Positions 47,576-56,043 of a stretch of DNA of 64,000 nucleotides are shown piece after piece; position 1 is the stretch's first letter; every line of letters starts with the position of its first letter. The position numbers were made by a program, and so were the translations under genes. The DNA comes from Bordetella parapertussis (GTDB taxonomy: Bacteria; Pseudomonadota; Gammaproteobacteria; Burkholderiales; JACQAP01). Location of the stretch: positions 33,302 through 97,301 of the forward strand of contig CAMDKM010000008.1 in NCBI GenBank assembly GCA_945900965.1. The letters run 5' to 3'. The notes under the pieces were generated by a model. That model was not told the origin of the DNA. It did no database searches and was given only the letters and a program-made list of their open reading frames with translations.

Positions 47576-47965
47576 ATGAGTAGGTACGTATTCGGCAAGA
47601 CAGTGAGATTGAATTGCGACCAGGCCGTGGAAGCGGTGATCCAGGGCCTCGCCAAGGAAGGCTTCGGCGTGCTGACCGAAATCGACGTCGCGGCGACGCT
47701 GAAAAAGAAGCTCAATCTTGATTGGCCCCCTTACAAGATTCTTGGCGCCTGCAATCCGCAATTCGCCGCTCGTGCTCTGGAGATGGAGCCGCAGATCGGG
47801 GCGCTGCTTCCTTGCAATGTCGTGGTGCGCCAGAACGCAGACGGGAAAACAGTGGTCGAATTCATGGACCCGAACGCGGTGCTGGAACTGACTGAACGCC
47901 CGGAAGTTGGCGCCATCGCCGGCGAAGTTCGCGACCGACTTCAGCGCGTCATGAACGCGCTGTGA
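47576..47965 (+). CDS. DUF302-domain protein
   Basis: Contains EGFGVLTEIDVAATLKKKL...YKILGACNPQFAARAL...LLPCNVVV. Confidence 0.8.
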   Translation: MSRYVFGKTVRLNCDQAVEAVIQGLAKEGFGVLTEIDVAATLKKKLNLDWPPYKILGACNPQFAARALEMEPQIGALLPCNVVVRQNADGKTVVEFMDPNAVLELTERPEVGAIAGEVRDRLQRVMNAL

Positions 47966-48327
47966 AAATGAGGCGCCGGCCGATAATGACCCGACGTGAC
48001 GTGCACTTTCTGTTCGACTTTCACCAGGCGAGCCGAGATGACCCTTTTCGCCTGCGCGGCCTCAACCGCCAGATACAGCCTGTTTTCTCCCACAGGCCCG
48101 TCCTCCGGTACCAAAGCAAAACTCTGAGCTGAGTCGATTCCCGCCGTATTGATCCGCGCGACGAATTCATCCTCGAATATGCGGTGGGTACTGGGCTGCC
48201 GGGTTACTCCTATGACCATTGTTCGATTGAAGGCGGGCCTGGCGTATTCCGAGCCCTTCCAGTTATTGACCAGGCTGGTGGTGGCGCATGCCGCGAGCGC
48301 GACGGCGAGCGCCAGTCCAATTGGCAT
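47941..48327 (-). CDS. Hypothetical lipoprotein
   Basis: Lipobox ALAAC. Its 3' end overlaps the DUF302 gene by 25 nt. Confidence 0.55.
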   Translation of the reverse strand: MPIGLALAVALAACATTSLVNNWKGSEYARPAFNRTMVIGVTRQPSTHRIFEDEFVARINTAGIDSAQSFALVPEDGPVGENRLYLAVEAAQAKRVISARLVKVEQKVHVTSGHYRPAPHFHSAFMTR

Positions 48328-48501
48328 CTATTCGACAGGCCGATTCATCTGCGTGCGCCGATCAAGAAATTATTCCGACTGTACCTACGGGAAGGAATTT
48401 GTGTACTCTTCATGATGGTGGCAATTCTTCGATAGCGTTTATTGCACGCTATTGCATACGATCGATAGTGTATTTGACATGTGACATTAAGGAGCGCGCA
48501 A

Positions 48502-48981
48502 ATGGCAATCAAGCGAAGCGAATTTTCGGCACGCGGCGGGTGGTGGGTCTTGGCGCAGGCCCCGATCATGATCATAGCGGCGCTCGTGCCGCTGTTTTGG
48601 GGCGCCAGATCGTTCGACGGTACGAATGCGATCCAGGTCATCGGGACGGTGATGTCTGCGCTGGGCGTTCTGCTTGCTATCGCGGGCGTCGCTGCGCTCG
48701 GACGCGGCCTGACGCCTTTCCCCCGGCCAATGCCGCAGGCGCAATTGCAGCAAGGGGGCATATATGGACTGGTTCGCCATCCGATCTACAGCGGGTTCAT
48801 CCTGGCGAGCATCGGCTGGTCTCTGGTATGGCTGAGCGGACCGGGGCTGATTTCCTGCTTCGTTGTCGCGATTTTCTTCGATCGCAAGAGCGCTTTCGAG
48901 GAGACGTTGCTGCGCGCGAAGTTTCTCGAGTACACCGATTACATGCGGCATACCTGCAAACTATTGCCCTGGATCTATTGA
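48502..48981 (+). CDS. Isoprenylcysteine carboxyl / phospholipid methyltransferase-family membrane protein
   Basis: RBS aaggag and the GGIYGLVRHPIYSGF motif. Confidence 0.75.
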   Translation: MAIKRSEFSARGGWWVLAQAPIMIIAALVPLFWGARSFDGTNAIQVIGTVMSALGVLLAIAGVAALGRGLTPFPRPMPQAQLQQGGIYGLVRHPIYSGFILASIGWSLVWLSGPGLISCFVVAIFFDRKSAFEETLLRAKFLEYTDYMRHTCKLLPWIY

Positions 48982-49303
48982 ATCCACGTCGCGAGCCGGC
49001 GAGAAACACGGACGATGGGCACACAGCGCTCGGCATTGACCTGGCGCAAACGAGTTGCAGGGCGTTGGCTTAAGCTTCAATTAAGTGCTCCCGTGTGCCT
49101 TAGTTTTTGTCAACTCAAAAATGCGAGGTGGAAAAATACTCTCTCTCCTTTGACGGGAGAGAGAAGGAGAGAGGGTGAGCTAGGATCGAGGATCGAGGGG
49201 ATAGGGCATTACACCCTTCACGCATTCACCCCATCTCGTTCCGGCTTGTCTGGCTTAGGGTTGATCTTGATTCCGAAATGTTCTAGCCAAGGAGATCGAA
49301 AAT

Positions 49304-49606
49304 ATGGAACGAGCCAATACCGAAAAACTGATGAAGGATCTTCATCTCGTTGTGCAAGATGCGGAAGAATTGTTGAAAGCAACCGCCGGCCAAGCGGGCG
49401 AAAAGGTGAGCGCGGTGCGCGCCCGGGCGGAAGAATCCATCCGCGCGGCGAAGGCACGGCTCGCGGAAACTGGCGAGCACATGGTCGAGAGTACCCGGGT
49501 CGCGGCGCAGGTTACCGACAAATACGTCCATGACAATCCGTGGACCGTAGTGGGGGTGGGTGCGGGACTCGGGTTTCTTATTGGCTATCTGATCGGCCGC
49601 CGCTAA
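49304..49606 (+). CDS. YqjD/ElaB (DUF883) membrane-anchored stress protein
   Basis: Contains LKATAGQAGEKVSAVRARAEESIRAAKARL...VHDNPWTVVGVGAGLGFLIGYLIGRR. Confidence 0.85.
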   Translation: MERANTEKLMKDLHLVVQDAEELLKATAGQAGEKVSAVRARAEESIRAAKARLAETGEHMVESTRVAAQVTDKYVHDNPWTVVGVGAGLGFLIGYLIGRR

Positions 49607-49613
49607 GTTCAGC

Positions 49614-50012
49614 ATGCAGGACGATCCGCAACCGAATGCGGCGCGGGCCGGTTTGTTTGATTCGGTGAAGGGGCTGCTCGGCACGCTGGTGAGCATCACC
49701 CATACGCGCATCGAATTGGTCAGCACCGAAGTGCGCGAGGAAGCCGACCGCATCCGCACGTTACTGATGCGGTCATTGGCTGCGCTGTTCTTTCTTGGCC
49801 TGGGCGTCGTGCTGGCGACGGTTGCGGTGATCATCGCCTTCTGGGATTCCTACCGGGTGCCCGTCGCGGTGCTGCTTGCTGCCGGCAGCCTGGTCGTGGG
49901 CGGGATCCTCTGGCTGCGCTTGAGCGCGGCGATTCGGGAGCGGCCGCGCCTGCTTGATGCAACACTGGGCGAACTGGCCCGGGATGCCGAAGCATTGCGA
50001 AACCGGTCATGA
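49614..50012 (+). CDS. YqjE-like (DUF1469) membrane protein
   Basis: Contains LLGTLVSITHTRIELVSTEVREE and two TM helices. Confidence 0.75.
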   Translation: MQDDPQPNAARAGLFDSVKGLLGTLVSITHTRIELVSTEVREEADRIRTLLMRSLAALFFLGLGVVLATVAVIIAFWDSYRVPVAVLLAAGSLVVGGILWLRLSAAIRERPRLLDATLGELARDAEALRNRS

Positions 50013-50299
50013 GCCCCCGAACGCGCCAGTGGGCCGAGAGGCGCGAAGCCCTCGTGCTTCGCTGCCAGGCGGAGCGTGAGCAACTCGCTCGATCCGCGCA
50101 ACCCCTGGAGTCGGCATTTCGCCTCGGCGATCGCGCGGTTCGCGTGGCGGTTTTCCTGCGCGTGCACCCTTTTTTGACAGTGCTGGGCGTTACCGCAGTC
50201 ATGGTCGCCAGCCGGGGCCGACTACTGCGCTGGATTGCCGCATCGCTGCCATTTGTTGGACTGGCTATGCGCGCAGGGCGTCTGTTCAGGCGTTCATAG
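50009..50299 (+). CDS. YqjK-like protein
   Basis: RREALVLRCQAEREQLA and a C-terminal TM helix. ATGA overlap with the previous gene. Confidence 0.6.
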   Translation: MSPRTRQWAERREALVLRCQAEREQLARSAQPLESAFRLGDRAVRVAVFLRVHPFLTVLGVTAVMVASRGRLLRWIAASLPFVGLAMRAGRLFRRS

Positions 50300-50451
50300 C
50301 CCGTGAGTCGACGGACGCATCTTGTGCCGATTGACGTTTCCATAATGCACGGCACCAAGGGCCCCTTATCTCAACCCTTCTGCCCCGCTTCAAGTGTTCC
50401 CTTGTCCTGGAGGAAAAGGGCTTTTTGGCTCCCGCTCCCTCGGGCACAGGC

Positions 50452-50488
50452 AAGAAAAAACAACCCCTCGCCGAAATAGCGAGGGGTT
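50452..50488 (-). terminator. Rho-independent terminator downstream of the multicopper oxidase gene
   Basis: On the minus strand, a 10-bp perfect stem aacccctcgc/gcgaggggtt with a 7-nt loop is followed by gttttttcttg. Confidence 0.7.
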
Positions 50489-50512
50489 TACGGATATCCC
50501 CTGGCGGGGACT

Positions 50513-52612
50513 CTAAACTATGTCGTAGGGCCGCATCATCTCGTGGTCTTCGTGCTCCAGAATATGGCAGTGCCAGGCGTAACGGCCTGGTACCGCATGA
50601 CGGAAGTCTGCTATCACCCGCGTAACCTCTCCGGGATAAGTGACGACCGTGTCCTTGAAGCCAGTCTCGTAGGGCAGGGCGGGAATCGCAGCGCCTTTCA
50701 ACGCAATCGGGAAAGGAGGGATTGCTACGCCGCACACACCCGCCACCAATTTCTTATTGACCGTGATAGCCTGGCGATCCACAACGCTGAACAAGATTTC
50801 ATGGAGGTGGATCGGGTGCGAATCCGCTGTGGTGTTGTAAATTTCCCAGATCTCGACGGCGCCGGAAGTCACCGTTTCCGTGACGGGATCGGCCCACAAT
50901 TTGGGCGTCGCGGTCACCACGCCCAGGACCGGCGGAGATACCGAGCCCAGCAATGGCTGGATTCTTCCGAACGCGTCGAGGCCTTCATACAATAGCACCC
51001 CGCGTCGCGGCGTTGTAGGTGTTAGCAGCGATAGGGGGGTTGGCGTGGAATTGAGGATCTGGGGCAAGGCCACCGTAATCTGCGGCACCTGGGTCTGGGC
51101 CGCCCGCACGACAAATTGCATCACCATGCCGTCCGTTTGCACATTTGTCGGCGCGCCTCCAGGGAACGGCTTCTTCGCCCCGCGATTCGTTAAGGTAAAA
51201 GACTGACCGGCGAAAGCTCGAAAATCGACGAGCACGTCCATGCGTTCCGCCGGGCCCATCAGCAACGAGTTCTGCAGAACCGCACCGGGCAGCAGCCCAC
51301 CCTCGGTTCCGATGATGGTAAACGTCGGCCCCACTTTGGCGCCGCCTGCCGCACTAAGGTCCAGCACCAGGAAACGCGAATTGCAGCCATTGAGGAACCG
51401 CAGCCGGTAGATCGCCGGGTCCACGGTGAAGGATGGCCACGCCTTGCCGTTGACCACCATGACATCGCCAAAATATTCGGGCATCGTCGAGACATCCGCG
51501 AAGGGCCATAACAGCGGGCAGCCGGCAACGGGCAATGCAGGCATGTCGGGATAGGCCAGCCTGCCGCCCGGATAAAACATCCGATCCTGGATGACGAGCG
51601 GAACATCGAACGCTCCGCCGAGCGCCGGCAGACTGCCGGCCCCGATCAAGCCCTGCTCGTTTGCGTCTGTTATCAGATAGCCGCCGGCGAGACCCGCGTA
51701 GACGTTGAGCCGGGTAATGCCCAAGGCGTGGTCGTGGTACCAAACAAGCGAGGCTCCGTGCGCGTTCGGATAGTGATGCAAATGCGCTCCCGGTACCAAT
51801 CCGGAATCGGGAATCGTCCCTGTGGCAGTCGGCAAGTTTTGCGTCCCGTCCGGCGTGACCCAGGCTTCCGAATAGCCGTCCGAGTTCGGAGCGACCTCGG
51901 CTCCGCCATGCAGGTGAGCGATGAAACGTACCTGCGGCTCACCCATGTCCGTGCCGTGAACATGCAGGTCAACGACGCTTTGGGTCGGGATAAGTCCTCG
52001 GCGAACGATGTGTTCCCTCAAGCCGTTTGCTGCTGTGAACAGTGGTGAGTAATCGTAGGTGATATCGACCTGCATACCTTTCGCCGCCACGAGCGTCGGG
52101 CCCAGATAGGTAACGTCCGCGGTGTCGGGGGGAATCGCATTCGCATTCGTAGGGTCATTGCGGTAGGCCCACACCGGCGTCGGACCGCTGACGCCGCCCG
52201 GAATCACCGGTGGCAATATCTGCGCATTGCGCTGCGCCACATACAAAGTGTGCGGGCCACCCAAACTAAGATCCACCACGGGCCAGTCTGTCCCAGGTGT
52301 CGGCAAAGCTTGCGCGAACTTTGGAATTGCCCGTGGATCGATGACCGGCGCACTGAAGCGCGGGTCGTTGATCAGGCCGACTACCGGGCGCGCCGCCTCT
52401 GCCTTGCGGCTCGTCAACACGAATGGCGCGCCGAACCCAAGGCTCGTCACGACGCCAGCAATGCCGCTCGCCGCACCGGCCTGCATAACCTCCCGCCGGG
52501 TCCACTTGCCTTTCGGTGTCAGCGATACATTCAGGGAGCCGTCATTGGACAGCGCAGCGGCCTCGCATGGCGCGTCATCTTTTTCTTTCGAACTTTCGAT
52601 TTCGTGAATCAT
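50513..52612 (-). CDS. Tat-exported three-domain multicopper oxidase (CotA/bilirubin-oxidase-like), about 700 aa
   Basis: RBS aaggaggtg and a Tat-like WTRREVMQAGAA. Four copper motifs are present: AHLHGG, WYHDHA, HPIHLHE and HCHILEHEDHEMM. Confidence 0.9.
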   Translation of the reverse strand: MIHEIESSKEKDDAPCEAAALSNDGSLNVSLTPKGKWTRREVMQAGAASGIAGVVTSLGFGAPFVLTSRKAEAARPVVGLINDPRFSAPVIDPRAIPKFAQALPTPGTDWPVVDLSLGGPHTLYVAQRNAQILPPVIPGGVSGPTPVWAYRNDPTNANAIPPDTADVTYLGPTLVAAKGMQVDITYDYSPLFTAANGLREHIVRRGLIPTQSVVDLHVHGTDMGEPQVRFIAHLHGGAEVAPNSDGYSEAWVTPDGTQNLPTATGTIPDSGLVPGAHLHHYPNAHGASLVWYHDHALGITRLNVYAGLAGGYLITDANEQGLIGAGSLPALGGAFDVPLVIQDRMFYPGGRLAYPDMPALPVAGCPLLWPFADVSTMPEYFGDVMVVNGKAWPSFTVDPAIYRLRFLNGCNSRFLVLDLSAAGGAKVGPTFTIIGTEGGLLPGAVLQNSLLMGPAERMDVLVDFRAFAGQSFTLTNRGAKKPFPGGAPTNVQTDGMVMQFVVRAAQTQVPQITVALPQILNSTPTPLSLLTPTTPRRGVLLYEGLDAFGRIQPLLGSVSPPVLGVVTATPKLWADPVTETVTSGAVEIWEIYNTTADSHPIHLHEILFSVVDRQAITVNKKLVAGVCGVAIPPFPIALKGAAIPALPYETGFKDTVVTYPGEVTRVIADFRHAVPGRYAWHCHILEHEDHEMMRPYDIV

Positions 52613-52687
52613 TTCACACCTCCTTGTTTGTCCTTGCAATAGCATTGCTGTGCATTGTCATATTGCAACGCGCGCTGGAGGATCGGT

Positions 52688-52701
52688 TTGATGGAGATCA
52701 A
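52688..52701. promoter_or_regulatory. FNR-type box TTGATGGAGATCAA (perfect)
   Basis: Lies 76-89 nt upstream of the MCO ATG 52612. Confidence 0.65.
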
Positions 52702-53178
52702 TTTTATTGCTTGGAGGTGGAGATATAGGGTTGGATCGATTCAGCATCCATAAAGGCATAGCCGCCAATACCTTGGATTCAATTGAACAACTGCGTTATC
52801 AAGAGACGTTACCGAAAAACCTTAAGAAAAGAGATGGACAATGATCGTTTTCTGCTACTGCGACCGGCGTGATCTTGAGGTAATCGCTCCGAGTGCGTCG
52901 GAGATTGCAACCGGACACTCAGTTCAGTACGCGCAGGACGTCATGGGACCGAACATTTCGGCCGGCCATCCAAGCTCAGAATTCGGAAACGCCACGCTGA
53001 TGCAATGGTGTTAAGTGTCGGCGGTGGCGGATGCGTAGCAGGCTAATGGCGGCGACCGCCGCGCTAGGCTTTATGAACAGACGACAGACAACGATTAAAT
53101 CCTGACGAACGAGCCGCGCATGCTCGAAGTGTAGGCAGTCGGTCCGCACGGACAGCCGCTGGCGGCGCCTCGCGTCGG

Positions 53179-53868
53179 CTATTGCCGGCTCGAAGTCAAT
53201 TCCGCCAGCGCTTTCGGGTCCAGCACGTTGACCCGCTCGCGTTCCAGTCTTACCCAGCCGCGCTCCTCGAAACTGCGCAGCAGCCGGCTGACAATTTCGC
53301 GCACGCTGCCGAGTTCATCGGCGAGCTTCTGGTGGGTGGATAGCACCAGCGGTCCACGATGGACCAGAAGTTGCGCCAAACGCGCATCCAGCCTGCGAAA
53401 CGCCACTTCCTCCACCAGTTCCATCACTTCCGCCAGACGTTCCCCGTACATACCGAAGACGAAACGCCTGAAGGGCTCGAATTCGATCATGAGGTCGTGG
53501 AATAGCTGGGGTGGAATGCTGAGATACACCACATCACGCTCGGCGATTCCGGTCGCCGAATAATCCGAGTGCCCGAGCAGACAGCCACCCGAAAGAATGC
53601 AGCCCTGGCCGGGTTCCACCCGGTAGAGCAGGATCTCGCGGCCGCCGGGGGAGGTCTTGGCCACGCGCACGCTGCCTTCGATCAGGAGCGGAAAGCCGCG
53701 GCAGGGCTGTCTGGCGTCGAAAAGAATGCCGCCTGCGCTCGCGCGATGCCACTGCGCCTGGTCGATGAGTCCGTCGAGCCGCGCGTCCGGCAATTCGGCG
53801 AACACGGGGAAACGCTCCAGCAACTGCCGGCGACGCGCGTCTTTATTGTTGGCTGTAACAATTGTCAT
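53179..53868 (-). CDS. CRP/FNR-family regulator without an N-terminal Cys cluster (Dnr/NnrR-like)
   Basis: cNMP-like barrel plus an HTH with REIVSR (E--SR) in the recognition helix. No CX2CX5C motif. Confidence 0.85.
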   Translation of the reverse strand: MTIVTANNKDARRRQLLERFPVFAELPDARLDGLIDQAQWHRASAGGILFDARQPCRGFPLLIEGSVRVAKTSPGGREILLYRVEPGQGCILSGGCLLGHSDYSATGIAERDVVYLSIPPQLFHDLMIEFEPFRRFVFGMYGERLAEVMELVEEVAFRRLDARLAQLLVHRGPLVLSTHQKLADELGSVREIVSRLLRSFEERGWVRLERERVNVLDPKALAELTSSRQ

Positions 53869-53975
53869 ATCCTGAACCTTAGCACGGAGCAGTCGATGCA
53901 GACGAGCTATGGAACAAAGGTCACAGACCGGCGTTACGCGGCTGGTTAGACTTTCCCCGTGTTCATTGTTGTTTT

Positions 53976-53989
53976 TTGATGGAGGTCAA
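53976..53989. promoter_or_regulatory. Candidate FNR-type box TTGATGGAGGTCAA
   Basis: Lies about 110 nt upstream of the dnr-like gene, but overlaps the possible ATG 53979 of the DUF2892 gene and contains its ggagg. Confidence 0.35.
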
Positions 53990-54212
53990 CGTGACAACGG
54001 AAAGACTGGTGAGAATTGTGGCGGGATTTTTTGTGCTGGCATCACTTGCGCTCGGGGTCGAAGCAAGCCCAGTGTTCGTGAACCAGAATTTTCTGTGGTT
54101 TACCGCATTTGTCGGCGCCAATCTGTTTCAAAGCGGATTCACGCGCCTATGCCCGCTGGAGACGATCCTGCGCAAACTCGGCGTGAAAAGCGGTGGCACG
54201 GCTTGCGCATGA
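53979..54212 (+). CDS. DUF2892 (YgaP-TM-like) small membrane protein
   Basis: Contains ERLVRIVAGFFVLASL...FVGANLFQSGFTRLCPLETILRKLG. A GTG at 53991 is an alternative start. Confidence 0.7.
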   Translation: MEVNVTTERLVRIVAGFFVLASLALGVEASPVFVNQNFLWFTAFVGANLFQSGFTRLCPLETILRKLGVKSGGTACA

Positions 54213-54222
54213 CGAGGACTCG

Positions 54223-54672
54223 ATGATGACGACCGCAGTGATCGAGCGCGTGCATGTGGTGTGCCCGGCGTGTCTGGCGGAAAACCGGGTGCCGGCAGGG
54301 CGCCTGGATGAGGCGCCCAAGTGCGGCAAGTGCGGAGCGGATTTGCTCGACGGCAAACCTACGGCACTTGACGGAACGGGTTTCAATACCTTTGTCGAAA
54401 AAAATTCCCAGCCGGTGCTGGTGGATTTCTGGGCCGCATGGTGCGCGCCCTGCCGGGCGATGGCGCCGGCATTCGAGGCCGCAGCCGCCGATCTGCGCAC
54501 CAAAGTGCGTTTCGCCAAGGTCGATACGGACAAGACACCGACCGTCTCAATGCGTCACCGTATCCGCGGCATCCCGACGCTGGTCCTGTACAAGGATGGA
54601 ATGGAGGCCGCCCGTACTTCGGGTGCGATGGACAAGGCATCGTTGCTGCGCTGGATTGCACAACATGCGTAA
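54223..54672 (+). CDS. trxC: Thioredoxin 2 (zinc-finger N-terminal extension)
   Basis: CPACLAENRVPAGRLDEAPKCGKCG followed by WAAWCAPCR. Confidence 0.9.
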   Translation: MMTTAVIERVHVVCPACLAENRVPAGRLDEAPKCGKCGADLLDGKPTALDGTGFNTFVEKNSQPVLVDFWAAWCAPCRAMAPAFEAAAADLRTKVRFAKVDTDKTPTVSMRHRIRGIPTLVLYKDGMEAARTSGAMDKASLLRWIAQHA

Positions 54673-54675
54673 AGT

Positions 54676-54830
54676 TAGGAAGTGATTAAGTGATTAAGTG
54701 ATTAAGTGATTAAGTGATTAAGTGAATGAGTGAAGGGTGATCGGTAAACGGCGAAAGTTGAAGCGGGATGGCGTGAATGAGTGAAGGGTGAACACCCTAG
54801 CCCCTAATCCCTGAACTTGGTGCCTCCCCC
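54676..54830. repeat. Array starting with a perfect 8-bp x5 microsatellite (gtgattaa, 54682-54721), then GTGAA and CCCTAATCC units
   Basis: Read directly from the sequence. Confidence 0.9.
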
Positions 54831-54944
54831 CCCTCTTCCCTGGCGTTAAATCTTCGCCAAAACCGTTTCGTGTGATATGAGCCTGAAAATCCCACTATCG
54901 CGGCACAGCGAAGGACGGTTGCTCCGGAGCGACTATTCCGAAGA

Positions 54945-55241
54945 TCAACTCAAGTAGTCTTGCGCCAGCGACGCCGTGGTCGCCGGCATGTTCTCGGGGG
55001 TCTGAATGACCAGACGTTCGACATTGCAGCCCATGACGCGTACCGCCGTTTCGAACTGAAGCGGGGAAACTCTGTAAGCGTCAAAGATCACAGTAACGCG
55101 ACGATTCTCCGGCGCGGGGTCGACATGCTGGACCCCGCGAATGGACTCCAGCGCGCTGCATACGCCCCGCGATGCTGGCCCGGGGATGAGTCCTCGGATC
55201 TTCAATTCCGCCATCCGCATCAACACTTGCATGATTGCCAT
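54945..55241 (-). CDS. Small HMA-like protein without a CxxC motif, paralog B
   Basis: Contains ELKIRGLIPGPASRGVCSALESIRGVQHV...VIFDAYRVSPLQFETAVRVMGCNVERL. Confidence 0.6.
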   Translation of the reverse strand: MAIMQVLMRMAELKIRGLIPGPASRGVCSALESIRGVQHVDPAPENRRVTVIFDAYRVSPLQFETAVRVMGCNVERLVIQTPENMPATTASLAQDYLS

Positions 55242-55307
55242 GTCTCCTTTGGAGAAAAGTGAGGAAATTCAACTTTTTAATTCTGAAGGAAAATAGGGCG
55301 GCAAGCC

Positions 55308-55321
55308 TTGATCTATATCAA
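55308..55321. promoter_or_regulatory. FNR-type box TTGATCTATATCAA (perfect)
   Basis: Lies 67-80 nt upstream of ATG 55241 on the minus strand. Confidence 0.65.
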
Positions 55322-55397
55322 TACCGGGCCGGTCGAGTCCGGCGAGTGCAGCGCCAGTGGAGTACGACAACCGGCTCCGCCGAATCGCACGATGCGC

Positions 55398-55411
55398 TTG
55401 ACCTGAATCAA
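55398..55411. promoter_or_regulatory. FNR-type box TTGACCTGAATCAA
   Basis: Lies 59-72 nt upstream of the USP ATG 55470. Confidence 0.65.
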
Positions 55412-55469
55412 ACCGCCCTTTCCGGAAGTGCGTGAGGATCTTTCTTATTATTCAGAGGAGAAATTAATC

Positions 55470-55922
55470 ATGAGAATTCTGCTCCCAGTAGATGGCTCGC
55501 AAGCCGCCGAACATGCGGCGAAGGCGTTAATTCGCTATTTGCCAGATTGGCGATCGAATCCGGAAATCGACTTGATGTTTGTCAATCTGCCAATTAAGGC
55601 CTTGCCCACTTTCCGAGGCTCCACGGAGGAAAAAGAAATCATTGAAAAATATTACAAGACCGAAGCCGATCAGGCGAAGGCCGGGGTGAAGAACTTACTC
55701 AAGGCCGCCCGCGTCGAATTTACCGAATCCAGCGCCGTGGGCGAGCCGGCGGAAGAGCTCTGCAAGGCGGCCAAGGAAAGAAAATGCGACATGATCTGGA
55801 TGGGAACTCGCGGTCTGAGCACCCTGGGAAATCTGTTGTTGGGTTCCATCGCGACCAAGGTTGTGCATCGGTCAACTGTGCCAGTGGTGCTGGTGCGACC
55901 GGAAGATGCTGCCCGGAATTGA
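55470..55922 (+). CDS. Universal stress protein (UspA family)
   Basis: Contains MRILLPVDGS and GSIATKVVHRSTVPVVLVR. Confidence 0.9.
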   Translation: MRILLPVDGSQAAEHAAKALIRYLPDWRSNPEIDLMFVNLPIKALPTFRGSTEEKEIIEKYYKTEADQAKAGVKNLLKAARVEFTESSAVGEPAEELCKAAKERKCDMIWMGTRGLSTLGNLLLGSIATKVVHRSTVPVVLVRPEDAARN

Positions 55923-55924
55923 AA

Positions 55925-56040
55925 AGAAGGAGGCGAGGGGAGAGGGACGAGGGACGAGGGGTCGAGCGCCGCGAAGCGGCGCGTAATATGTTCCAGCCGT
56001 TCCCCGATCACCGTTCACCGATTACTGTTCACCTTTCACT
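55925..56040. repeat. Composite array (GAGGGACGAGGG units, then TTCACC units)
   Basis: Sequence is aggaggcgaggggagagggacgagggacgagggg...ccgatcaccgttcaccgattactgttcacctttcac. Confidence 0.85.
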
Positions 56041-56043
56041 TCC

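Noticed and set aside
54676-54830. Possibility that the tandem gtgattaa / GTGAAGG arrays are CRISPR arrays
   Set aside because: The period is 7-8 bp with no unique spacers and no 24-40 bp repeat unit. No cas genes are in the window.
55572-55585. TTGATGTTTGTCAA match inside the USP coding region
   Set aside because: It lies about 100 nt inside a well-supported CDS (codons for IDLMFVNL). It is kept as a caution that the motif can occur in coding DNA. My by-eye scan of coding regions was not exhaustive.
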